Shown here one piece after another: positions 1 to 7,214 of a DNA stretch of 10,263 nucleotides. Source of the DNA: a virus. The notes under the pieces were generated by a model. The model was not told the origin of the DNA and ran no database searches. It saw only the letters and a program-made list of their open reading frames with translations. The translations under genes and the position numbers were made by a program. The stretch is taken from UHGV virus genome UHGV-0135135; one strand, written 5' to 3'. Each line of letters opens with the position of its first letter. The first letter of the stretch is position 1.

Positions 1-304
1 AAGTTAGCGCGCCACGCTCATCATCAAGCCCACCACGTAATCCCGCGATACTGAAAGCCTGACAAGGGGTTCCTCCGACGAGGACATCCGGGGCTTCAAT
101 TTTTCCAGCCCGGATCTTCTTAGTAAGTTTTGTCATGTCGCCAAGGTTGGTTACATGAGGCCAGTGGTGCGCAAGAACAGCAGACGGAAAAGGCTCGATT
201 TCAGCAAACCAAGCCGGACGCATACCCAACGGTTCCCAGGCAATGCTTGCGGCTTCAATTCCACTGCAAACCGAACCATATCGAAGATTAATGCTCTGCT
301 TCAC
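1..304 (-). CDS. DNA (cytosine-5)-methyltransferase, N-terminal part; gene continues past the window start
   Basis: Minus-strand frame is open from the window edge up to 304. Translation reads ...KQSINLRYGSVCSGIEAASIAWEPLGMRPAWFAEIEPFPSAVLAHHWPHVTNLGDMTKLTKKIRAGKIEAPDVLVGGTPCQAFSIAGLRGGLDDERGALT..., with an N-terminal AdoMet-binding-like block (GSVCSGIEAA) and the Pro-Cys catalytic motif of C5 methyltransferases (GGTPCQAFSIAG). Candidate GTG start at 302-304 with GGAGG about 9 nt upstream, overlapping the rdgC stop. Absent from the ORF track because it is truncated by the window edge. Confidence 0.7.
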   Translation of the reverse strand, partial: MKQSINLRYGSVCSGIEAASIAWEPLGMRPAWFAEIEPFPSAVLAHHWPHVTNLGDMTKLTKKIRAGKIEAPDVLVGGTPCQAFSIAGLRGGLDDERGALT

Positions 305-1193
305 CGCCAATGGCCTCCACCAGCAAGCTAAACATCGCGGATAATTCGCTTGTGAACAGAATGAAGTCAGCATCAAATCGCTGGGCAACATCTTCACGGT
401 CGATGTCATCGTTCTGGTCATAGAGATCATCGCAAAACGTCAGTGCTTTGATGCTCATGTCATCGTTTAACCTGAAGGTCGCGCGCTCCTGCCAGTTGAT
501 TGCAACTGTTGTTGCAACTTTTCCGGCTTCAATATGAGTCATTATTTCCTCTGACTGTAGGTCTACTTTCTTGCAACGAACTGCGCCGCCGTCATCGAAC
601 AGAGATTTCAATATGGCTTCTTCGCCTGCTTGAAAGCCTTGAGGAAATGTTGACTTGAACCATTCGGTCATAGTCATTTCGAGCGGTTCTATCGGCGTGA
701 ATGGAATCACCGGAAGGCTGCCAAGTGATTTACGTAAGAGCGCCAGCATTTCTTCTGCTTTTCTGGCGCTGGAAGCTTCTACGAAGACCAGATTGTTGTC
801 GCGATCAATAAGGATTCGCGACAATGATTTGCGAGTGAATGCGCGAGGCAACAAAGAGTGGAGAACTTCATCCTTCAGGGTGTTTTTTTCCGACTTCTTC
901 AGCTTACGGGATTGCTCATTTTCGAGCTTTTCCACTTTTTTCTGCACTTCCTCCTTAATGACATGAGAGGGCAGGAGCTTAATTTCTCGCTGTTGCTGGA
1001 GAAGTAGAAAACCGTGGTATTCATGGATCAGGTTGTCAGCCAGAACCGGCACCCATCCGACTTTTGCCATTTCTTGTGATGCGCATGGAGTGAATGTGAA
1101 TTGGCTTAAGGCATCACTAACGGTGGTTGAGTCCAGTTTAATTTCGCGGGCAAGGCGATAGACGTATATGTTTTTAAATGCGACCAATCTCAT
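288..1193 (-). CDS. rdgC: Recombination-associated protein RdgC homologue
   Basis: 301-aa ORF. Length and conserved blocks (FTPCASQEMAKVGWVP, LKDEVLHSLLPRAF, LLRKSLGSLP, DREDVAQRFDADF, C-terminal GGEAEH) match my recollection of E. coli RdgC, though clearly divergent from the chromosomal copy. ATG start at 1191-1193 has no obvious Shine-Dalgarno. Confidence 0.85.
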   Translation of the reverse strand: MRLVAFKNIYVYRLAREIKLDSTTVSDALSQFTFTPCASQEMAKVGWVPVLADNLIHEYHGFLLLQQQREIKLLPSHVIKEEVQKKVEKLENEQSRKLKKSEKNTLKDEVLHSLLPRAFTRKSLSRILIDRDNNLVFVEASSARKAEEMLALLRKSLGSLPVIPFTPIEPLEMTMTEWFKSTFPQGFQAGEEAILKSLFDDGGAVRCKKVDLQSEEIMTHIEAGKVATTVAINWQERATFRLNDDMSIKALTFCDDLYDQNDDIDREDVAQRFDADFILFTSELSAMFSLLVEAIGGEAEH

Positions 1194-1200
1194 ATTTCGT

Positions 1201-1244
1201 AAAACTGTGTTAGAAAATAAAACTCAATTATCTAACACAGTTTT
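1201..1244. promoter_or_regulatory. Perfect 14-bp inverted repeat (AAAACTGTGTTAGA, 16-nt spacer, TCTAACACAGTTTT) between the spike-like gene and rdgC
   Basis: Read directly from the sequence; the two arms are exact reverse complements. Could form an AU-rich hairpin in the minus-strand transcript or act as a dimeric protein binding site. Function not determinable from sequence. Confidence 0.4.
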
Positions 1245-1252
1245 GTATTTTG

Positions 1253-1930
1253 CTATCCCTTCACAAAGGAGAAATTGCTCGCTGTTGCTTTTAGCGCGCC
1301 ACCAGCTTTCAGGGCTATATCACCATCAGCGGCGACGGTTACATTGCTGCCTTTTACATTAACGTCTCCATCTGAGGATACATTGGTTTTGCTGCTTGAT
1401 TTGACGTTAACCTCACCTCCAGCATTGAGCACTATATTCGCAGGGCCGATTATGTAAATCTGGCCGGATTCGTTCATCCCTATCCTTGAGCCTGCGGCGG
1501 TGTTTGCTATTTCATAGCCACCGCCAGCCGTTCTGACCTCAAGGATATTGTTTCTGTGAATAACAAAATCTTCAGTCGCCGAAAACTGGGGGCGGGCAGG
1601 AGCACCATCAACTTCTTCTGGCGACCATCCGCTTCCTTGTCCGGAGGCTTCCGGAGGCACATTTGGTACGCCTCCTGGGGCATCCTGCGCCGCGCCAACG
1701 ATTAAAGGTCGACGCGTGTCTATCCTGCCTTTAGCATCCAGATAAGGAAATTCGACCCAGACTAAATCGCCGCTGACTGTAGGTGTAAAGGCGTTACCGA
1801 TAGGCATTTGATACTCTGCCCATGGGAGGTCTTCATCCGGTACACCGTTCCAGTCAGGCAGTATGCGGACCTGCGCTCGCATAAGTCCGGCAGGGTGTTT
1901 GGTCCCTACGATTTGCGCTCTGCGTTTCAC
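1253..1930 (-). CDS. Hypothetical protein with gpV/gp5/VgrG-like OB-fold and Gly-rich beta-helix-like C-terminus (baseplate-spike-like)
   Basis: 225-aa ORF with a GTG start overlapping the stop of the upstream gene (GTGA) and AGGAG about 10 nt upstream. The N-terminal half (QVRILPDW...LPWAEYQMPIGNAFTPTVSGDLVWVEFPYLDAKGRIDTRRPLIVG) follows the pattern I recall for the spike OB-fold domain; the C-terminus has short repeats (NAGGEVNVK, SSDGDVNVKGSNVTV, AADGDIALKAGG). Family call is by motif recollection, not a search. Confidence 0.5.
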   Translation of the reverse strand: MKRRAQIVGTKHPAGLMRAQVRILPDWNGVPDEDLPWAEYQMPIGNAFTPTVSGDLVWVEFPYLDAKGRIDTRRPLIVGAAQDAPGGVPNVPPEASGQGSGWSPEEVDGAPARPQFSATEDFVIHRNNILEVRTAGGGYEIANTAAGSRIGMNESGQIYIIGPANIVLNAGGEVNVKSSSKTNVSSDGDVNVKGSNVTVAADGDIALKAGGALKATASNFSFVKG

Positions 1931-2907
1931 TGGTTGGGTACTCCTAATATCATTCGTGTTGTATAGCCGATCCGGTCCTCAAAATGGGCTACGTTTTTCA
2001 CCAGCAGCTTACGAGGCAACGATTCGTCCAGCTTATTTTCCTGGTCGTAACGATACACGAGGATCTCAATAACCATTCCCGGCGTGATGTCGGGATTACC
2101 TGCGACCTCAATATCCATTTTGGGTTCGAGCGACAATTGCATATTGCGCAGAGTTTCCATATCCGGATCGGATATATGGCGTATTGGGAGTGAGCTATCG
2201 CCATATTCGACATAGCCTTCAGTCATTGAATAGCCGGTAAATCGATACTGAGTATTTGCCGTAACGGCATACTCTTGCTGTATAAGCCTCATTTTTGAAA
2301 TCGTGTATTCCGCCCTGGGGTTGTTCCCTTCATAGGTGAATGATGGTTTAGCTTTCATAAGATCAGCTAATGTATAAAAGTTAAACTGACCACGGCAGGT
2401 CCAGCATAAAGCGCCTTTGTCGCGGGCCATTTCAGATAGCATTTTGGAGGGTTTTTCCCCAGCGGAAAGATGGTACGTACAGCTTCGTTTCAATGCGCTG
2501 GAGGAAACTTTCAGTGTACCGGTATACGTCTTGAAAATGGTATCAGACGTTTTGTTTGTATGCAGGTTAGCCCGTAGAGCGGGGATCTTAAATATCCGAA
2601 CGTCTTCACTGACTGCAATGACCGTAATGACATCACCAGCCAGCACCGCAGATGTTACGAAAAAAGTTGTTTTAAACGTGCCTGCATTGCCTTGTGGATC
2701 ACCCATCTCTGCAACCAGTGCTGCGCCGTATTTTGTTTTCCAGTCATCAATTATGGTGCCGGTAATATCGTGAATTTCCAGTTTCAGCAATGGTGCACGC
2801 AGGTTTGCCTTTTCCACATATACGGCAGTGAATATCCACCCCCTGGGCACTTTGTTTCCGTTGATGGTAACGGACTGTAGAAAGTATTGCTGTAGCTCCT
2901 GGGACAT
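1927..2907 (-). CDS. Hypothetical protein (326 aa), third gene of the coupled four-gene operon
   Basis: Long ORF with ATG at 2905-2907 and GGAG 6 nt upstream. Stop overlaps the downstream GTG start; start lies 4 nt after the upstream stop. No family recognised. Confidence 0.6.
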   Translation of the reverse strand: MSQELQQYFLQSVTINGNKVPRGWIFTAVYVEKANLRAPLLKLEIHDITGTIIDDWKTKYGAALVAEMGDPQGNAGTFKTTFFVTSAVLAGDVITVIAVSEDVRIFKIPALRANLHTNKTSDTIFKTYTGTLKVSSSALKRSCTYHLSAGEKPSKMLSEMARDKGALCWTCRGQFNFYTLADLMKAKPSFTYEGNNPRAEYTISKMRLIQQEYAVTANTQYRFTGYSMTEGYVEYGDSSLPIRHISDPDMETLRNMQLSLEPKMDIEVAGNPDITPGMVIEILVYRYDQENKLDESLPRKLLVKNVAHFEDRIGYTTRMILGVPNQ

Positions 2908-2910
2908 GGC

Positions 2911-3678
2911 TTACTCCATTCTCAGAGAGGTTTCAGTAATAATTCGTTTCGCGTCCAGCTCCCAGGCGGTGATCACGTCTGCTATAACACTAATTGCCGT
3001 TTGTGCAGCATAAATACGCTCTTCCCCAATTGGGGCTGAAACATCAGTAAAACTGATGTCTTTAGCATCCTGAATCGCGCAAATTAGCGGGACGGGGACT
3101 CGTACCAGCGGGGTTGTTGCTTCAAACTGCGTTCCTGCCATCAAGCGAAGGCGTGCTCCAAGCGAATTACACATCAGACTCATGGTCGCCTTATCCGTCG
3201 CCATTAACGTAACGTCATACGTCATATTTGCCTGGGTGTATTCCAGGGCTACTAAAGGCATACCGCTGCCAGGTTCGCAGAAGTGATCACAGCTTTTGCG
3301 GTCTATCTGCTGGTCATTGTTGATATAGCTGATATCCATTGAGCGCGAGATATTAATCAGAGGGAGTGCATCGCGATTAATGTTCGGATTCTCTGGCTTT
3401 CTCCCTTGCCCGGCATTCGCACGGCGAACCGCTTTAAGGAACTCGACCGCATTATCAAAACGGGCAACATAAACACGCTCTGCTGGTGAGCGATTCAGGA
3501 ATGATGCAAAGCGCTTTTCTTCTTTTGCAGGTTCCACCAGCGTTACGTCAGAAAAAATGTCGCTGATTAGCGTAGCAAAAGCGTTATCCACTCTTTCCAG
3601 ACCAGTTGTCTGGAATTTTCCAGTACGCGTTGTCTGCCACTCGCCAATGCGGGACAGTAGAGTTTTGTTAGGTGTCAT
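2911..3678 (-). CDS. Hypothetical protein (255 aa), second gene of the coupled four-gene operon
   Basis: ATG at 3676-3678 overlaps the upstream stop (ATGA), with GGAG 7 nt upstream. No family recognised. Confidence 0.6.
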   Translation of the reverse strand: MTPNKTLLSRIGEWQTTRTGKFQTTGLERVDNAFATLISDIFSDVTLVEPAKEEKRFASFLNRSPAERVYVARFDNAVEFLKAVRRANAGQGRKPENPNINRDALPLINISRSMDISYINNDQQIDRKSCDHFCEPGSGMPLVALEYTQANMTYDVTLMATDKATMSLMCNSLGARLRLMAGTQFEATTPLVRVPVPLICAIQDAKDISFTDVSAPIGEERIYAAQTAISVIADVITAWELDAKRIITETSLRME

Positions 3679-4547
3679 TCGATCACTCCGTTTTGAGTGG
3701 TATCAAAGTTCCTGGCCGGGATGCAGTAATAAAGGGAACCAACGTGTTGTGTTCCGTAGCTGAAGATTCGATGCACGTACCACCAGCGGCGGGCGAGGCC
3801 ATTCGCCATTTCTTCGTTCCATTCCAGGATTGAACCAACAGGTACGTTGTTTGCAGCAATACGCAGGATTAGCACTTCATCAGCAAGACCATCCTGTTCT
3901 CCATCGGCATCAATGGCATGAAACGAATCCCTTCCGTCCGGGTTATCCAGGACGTATACGATTTCCGGTTCCAGATAGGCAAGCTCACGCTGGTTGTTGT
4001 CCAGTAGCGTGAAAGACTCTTCACCTGTTTCATCGTTTACGACGCCATAGGAGCCATCAGCCGGGCGATATAAAAGCGCCTCGAATGCGTCAGGGCTTGA
4101 TTCAATAATGAGCATCCAATCGGCGCGGATCTGGTCGTTGAACGCTTTGTGTCCGTTATATCGGGTTTTAAGCTGCTGGTTTGGTTGTCTGTTAGCGAGC
4201 GATGCCGGTAGGGGGGCGATGTCAGGTTCAATCACTTCCGTAACAGAGTCACCAGCATTATCAGGCCAATTATCATGGCGGCTATCTGCTTCGGTGGCAG
4301 CGTGTTCTTCCAGAATACTGAATGGCCCTGTACTGACCTTCCCATTTTCCGTTGTGCTTCCTTCATTCGCTTCAACCGTCGTTGTCTCTTCTCTCTGCGT
4401 GCTGTCATGTTCTGTTCCCTTTCTCATCAGGCTTGCATCATCAGCAAACCATTCATCAAAACGGCCCATAAGCGTCCTCAAAGGTCGATTTATCAGGTAT
4501 CGAGGGGCATTGTCAGGAGATTGTGATTTCAATTCATATCCCAGCAT
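3675..4547 (-). CDS. Hypothetical, strongly acidic protein (290 aa as drawn), first gene of the four-gene operon
   Basis: Long ORF rich in Asp/Glu. The ATG at 4545-4547 has no Shine-Dalgarno and overlaps an operator-like half-site; an internal ATG at 4467-4469 has a good GAGGA 5 nt upstream and may be the true start (264 aa). No family recognised. Confidence 0.55.
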   Translation of the reverse strand: MLGYELKSQSPDNAPRYLINRPLRTLMGRFDEWFADDASLMRKGTEHDSTQREETTTVEANEGSTTENGKVSTGPFSILEEHAATEADSRHDNWPDNAGDSVTEVIEPDIAPLPASLANRQPNQQLKTRYNGHKAFNDQIRADWMLIIESSPDAFEALLYRPADGSYGVVNDETGEESFTLLDNNQRELAYLEPEIVYVLDNPDGRDSFHAIDADGEQDGLADEVLILRIAANNVPVGSILEWNEEMANGLARRWWYVHRIFSYGTQHVGSLYYCIPARNFDTTQNGVIE

Positions 4548-4560
4548 GGGACTAAAGTGC

Positions 4561-4589
4561 TTTACATTGTCCCATATTGGGACTACTAT
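4561..4589 (+). promoter_or_regulatory. Candidate sigma70 promoter of higB/higA with an operator palindrome GTCCCATATTGGGAC (4569-4583) in the spacer
   Basis: -35-like TTTACA (4561-4566), 17-bp spacer, -10-like TACTAT (4584-4589), then AAGGAA Shine-Dalgarno and ATG at 4614. The 15-bp perfect palindrome fills the spacer, and an extra TGGGAC half-site sits at 4547-4552. Palindromic operators overlapping the promoter are typical of autoregulated TA loci. Confidence 0.45.
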
Positions 4590-4613
4590 ACTTTCAGAGA
4601 GAAGGAATCTGTG

Positions 4614-4916
4614 ATGAAAATAATTTCGGTAAAAACACTAAGGGATTTCTGGGCGAAGAATCCCGATGCAGAACAGCCATTAAAGGCATGGGTTGATGAA
4701 GCAACAAAGGCTGACTGGAAAAATCCGGCTGAGATCAAAGAACAGTACCGGACAGCCAGCATCCTTAAAAACAGGCGCGTGGTGTTCAATATTAAGGGAA
4801 ATGATTACAGGTTAATTGTCGCAATTGCTTATCAGCGAGGATGGATGTTCGTTAAGTTTATTGGAACACATAAGGAATACGATGCCATTGACGCGGATAC
4901 AATAGAACTGGAGTAA
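4614..4916 (+). CDS. higB: HigB-family toxin (YgjN-like mRNA interferase)
   Basis: 100-aa ORF starting at the ATG with AAGGAA 6 nt upstream (the ORF-track start at 4557 is an upstream extension). C-terminal GTHKEYDAID motif and overall layout match my recollection of E. coli HigB (YgjN). Followed 3 nt later by the HTH antitoxin gene. Confidence 0.8.
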   Translation: MKIISVKTLRDFWAKNPDAEQPLKAWVDEATKADWKNPAEIKEQYRTASILKNRRVVFNIKGNDYRLIVAIAYQRGWMFVKFIGTHKEYDAIDADTIELE

Positions 4917-4919
4917 ATC

Positions 4920-5279
4920 ATGAACATTAAACCTATCCGTACAGAACAAGATTATGAGGCCGCACTGCGTGCGGTCGAACCGATGTTCGATAACGAACCG
5001 GAAATGAACACCCCGGAAGGTGATTTCTTTGAGGTCATGTGTCTTCTCATTGAGGAGTACGAGAAAAAACATTACCCAATTGAGCCACCATCACCTATTG
5101 AGGCCATTAAATTCCGTATGGAACAGCAAGGGCTGACCGTGAAGGATCTGGAACCGGCGATTGGTAAGTCAAATCGTGTTTACGAAGTGCTAAATGGAAC
5201 ACGAAATTTAACGTTACCTATGATTCGTCGTTTACATTCCCAGTTTGGCATTCCTCTTGAAAGCCTGGTTGGTGTATGA
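4920..5279 (+). CDS. higA: HigA-family antitoxin (YgjM-like, C-terminal HTH)
   Basis: 119-aa ORF with GGAG 7 nt upstream. The C-terminal block (KSNRVYEVLNGTRNLTLPMIRRLHSQFGIPLESL) parallels the HTH region I recall in E. coli HigA (YgjM). Toxin-first gene order. Confidence 0.8.
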   Translation: MNIKPIRTEQDYEAALRAVEPMFDNEPEMNTPEGDFFEVMCLLIEEYEKKHYPIEPPSPIEAIKFRMEQQGLTVKDLEPAIGKSNRVYEVLNGTRNLTLPMIRRLHSQFGIPLESLVGV

Positions 5280-5283
5280 GTTC

Positions 5284-5310
5284 GGCGGTCTGTATGACCG
5301 CCTTTGTTGT
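5284..5310 (+). terminator. Rho-independent terminator after higA
   Basis: 7-bp GC-rich stem GGCGGTC / GACCGCC with a 5-nt loop, followed by TTTGTTGT, starting 5 nt after the higA stop. No U-tract in the opposite orientation. Confidence 0.6.
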
Positions 5311-5313
5311 CAA

Positions 5314-6510
5314 TCAAGAACCTTTCTTCACGTACTCCATAAACATTTTTTCAGCTTGCCCAGGTGACGTTCCTGCCATGACCAGCGCATCAATGAACGC
5401 CTGCTTCTTCAGTGCGAACTGATCGGCAAGGCGTTGCTGAAGCTCCTTGTTTTTCTGTTTCTCACGTTGCAAGGCCGCTTCTTTTGCTGCCGCTCGTTTT
5501 TTCTGTGCGTCTGACAACTTTCTGGCCCTGGTCAGTTGGTCACGTAGCTTGTCGATCTTGCCGTTGTCCTTTGCCAGTTTTGAGCTTAAAGCGGCCTGGC
5601 GTTTCTGATAGAGCTTCCATTCACGTTTAGCTGCCTCAACATTCGTTTTGCTGCTACGGTTTCGATTGAACGCCTTCTCGTCTTCTTTTGTGAAGTGTTT
5701 TGTCGAGCGGCGGCGATCGTCACCAAAGGCAACTTGCGTTGCAGCTTTTTGCAGGGCGCGAGCAATACTCATCTGCCAACTGGCAGACTGTAGTCGTGTC
5801 ATTGAGTGGATCACATGTTTACAGGCGACGCCTTGCAGCTTAGGGTTGCGAACTTTTGGATAGGCGTATTCTTTTGGCGGGGCCAGGGCAAAGTTACCTG
5901 CAGTGGCGATGTAGCGATACCAGTATTGATGGCGACCGCAGTCACAGTCGAAAGACACTCGCCCGGCACACAGTGATTTTGTGACTTTCAGGGCTGATTT
6001 ATCGTCTTCTGCGATGTCATCGATCATCTGATCCCATTCTTCAAAACGTACCCGGACAATGTGGTGCTGGTGAACGGATATATCGGACGCTTCCACGCGG
6101 ATATTAATCACATTGTGACGAAGAGATACGGGCGTAGCTCTTTTGATACCAGAACCGTCGTCTACGGCGTTATTTGCTCGCTTAATATCGATAGCCTGGC
6201 TGGACGCTACCAGTTGTGCGTATGTAATGCCAGCCGTCTTGCTGTCGTATTTTTCGCGTGCTTTGCTTCGCAGCTTTTCGAAGCCTTTCAGATCGTCACG
6301 CGTAAAGAACGTGCCGCCTTTCTTTTTCCCCAGCTTAAGAATGTCGTCGGCTGATTTATTCCTAAGCCTGCCCGGCGTGAGTGTCCTGTGCGCCTGGCGG
6401 CGTTTGCGGTTTTGCTCTTTCCTGATGAGTTCAAATACGCGTGTGAAATCCTTAGAGGACAGGCCGTCAGTGATATATCGCCCGTCCTGATTTTTCAGGA
6501 AGTCAGGCAT
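5314..6510 (-). CDS. Hypothetical protein (398 aa) with a SWIM-like Cys/His cluster and a basic coiled-coil C-terminus
   Basis: Long ORF whose start overlaps the upstream 109-aa gene by 8 nt. Central FDCDCGRHQ...GVACKHVIHS resembles a CxC...CxH SWIM-type zinc finger. The C-terminal ~90 aa are K/R/A/Q/E-rich with heptad-like periodicity (AAAKEAALQREKQKNKELQQRLADQ). No family recognised. Confidence 0.6.
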   Translation of the reverse strand: MPDFLKNQDGRYITDGLSSKDFTRVFELIRKEQNRKRRQAHRTLTPGRLRNKSADDILKLGKKKGGTFFTRDDLKGFEKLRSKAREKYDSKTAGITYAQLVASSQAIDIKRANNAVDDGSGIKRATPVSLRHNVINIRVEASDISVHQHHIVRVRFEEWDQMIDDIAEDDKSALKVTKSLCAGRVSFDCDCGRHQYWYRYIATAGNFALAPPKEYAYPKVRNPKLQGVACKHVIHSMTRLQSASWQMSIARALQKAATQVAFGDDRRRSTKHFTKEDEKAFNRNRSSKTNVEAAKREWKLYQKRQAALSSKLAKDNGKIDKLRDQLTRARKLSDAQKKRAAAKEAALQREKQKNKELQQRLADQFALKKQAFIDALVMAGTSPGQAEKMFMEYVKKGS

Positions 6511-6832
6511 TTTCTATCTCCGGTGCCGAGCCAGCGTAATCGCGGATCTTGTTTCTTAGCCATGCTGCGTCAGGAAGAGTTAACGTTGTCCCTACCGGCA
6601 TTTCTTCCATTTCTGACTCATGGCCCACCAGCACACGAAATACCCAGCGCAAATCAGCGTTGCCATAGGCGCGATAGGCCGCCAGGTCTGAGCGATAAAC
6701 CTCATCAATTTTTATCGTGTACTGGAAATTATCGGAGTGATACTCCGATACCCGCTTGATCATCTCCTGATGGAATAGTGCGCGCAGCACATCGTCTTCA
6801 ATGCATCGATCGTCGAGCCTGCTGTAACTCAT
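6503..6832 (-). CDS. Hypothetical protein (109 aa), translationally coupled to the 398-aa gene
   Basis: ATG at 6830-6832 with GAGGAA 6 nt upstream; 3' end overlaps the start of the 398-aa gene. Segment DEVYRSDLAAYRAYGNADLRWVFRVLVGHESEMEEMPVGTTLTLPD loosely resembles LysM / phage tail-protein-X-like patterning; this is weak. Confidence 0.55.
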   Translation of the reverse strand: MSYSRLDDRCIEDDVLRALFHQEMIKRVSEYHSDNFQYTIKIDEVYRSDLAAYRAYGNADLRWVFRVLVGHESEMEEMPVGTTLTLPDAAWLRNKIRDYAGSAPEIENA

Positions 6833-6924
6833 AACAGTTCCTCACAGTCATAACCTGGGGGGAACTGTATGCAGGGTGTGAAATGCGAGAAAGCAGCGCC
6901 ACCTGGCTTGGTGACGCTGTGAAA

Positions 6925-7206
6925 TTATGCGTGGAAAAATAATGGACGGATGTTTGGGCGAGTGGTTTGCGAAGCAACCCAAAGCTCATACTGGGATTGC
7001 ATACCGGTCCACATTTCGGCACTGGTTCCAAGAGCGGACTCCAGACGAAGTGCCATATCAGCAGAAATACCTGCTTTTTCGTTCAGAATTCGGGAAAGCG
7101 CCGTGCGAGTAATGCCTAATGCAGCAGCGGCGTCTGTGACTGACATGTCTCCCAAATATTCACGAAGAACCGCGCCAGGATGCGCGGGATTATGCATACG
7201 ACTCAT
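6925..7206 (-). CDS. higA: HigA-family antitoxin (COG3093-like HTH)
   Basis: Start taken at the ATG giving [18 protein letters not shown]..., with GAGGA 5 nt upstream (ORF track extends to a TTG at 7218). The MHNPAHPG N-terminus and HTH region ([38 protein letters not shown]) match my recollection of HigA antidote proteins. Confidence 0.8.
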   Translation of the reverse strand: MSRMHNPAHPGAVLREYLGDMSVTDAAAALGITRTALSRILNEKAGISADMALRLESALGTSAEMWTGMQSQYELWVASQTTRPNIRPLFFHA

Positions 7207-7214
7207 AGTGTTCC

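Noticed and set aside
655-966. Plus-strand 103-aa ORF inside rdgC (and the similar 1168..1362 and 1275..1457 ORFs)
   Set aside because: Antisense shadow ORFs within or overlapping well-supported minus-strand genes; Ser-rich, low-complexity translations; no ribosome-binding sites.
1253-4547. Reading the four-gene operon as an intact phage tail or baseplate module
   Set aside because: Only the last gene has a recognisable spike-like pattern; the genes are too few and too small for sheath, tube or tape-measure, and the operon runs into rdgC and a methyltransferase. Kept as an open possibility (remnant) in the findings rather than asserted.
4108-4614. Plus-strand 168-aa and 83-aa ORFs antisense to the acidic 290-aa gene
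   Set aside because: Shadow frames of a longer, better-supported minus-strand ORF; compositionally biased (Ser/Leu/Cys-rich); no start context.
5284-5310. The higA terminator hairpin acting as a bidirectional terminator for the convergent 398-aa gene
   Set aside because: The plus-strand sequence before the hairpin (GAGTTC) is not A-rich, so there would be no U-tract on the minus-strand transcript.
6061-6759. Plus-strand ORFs 6061..6354, 6143..6490 and 6388..6759
   Set aside because: All are antisense to the 398-aa and 109-aa genes, with no independent start signals; treated as shadow ORFs.
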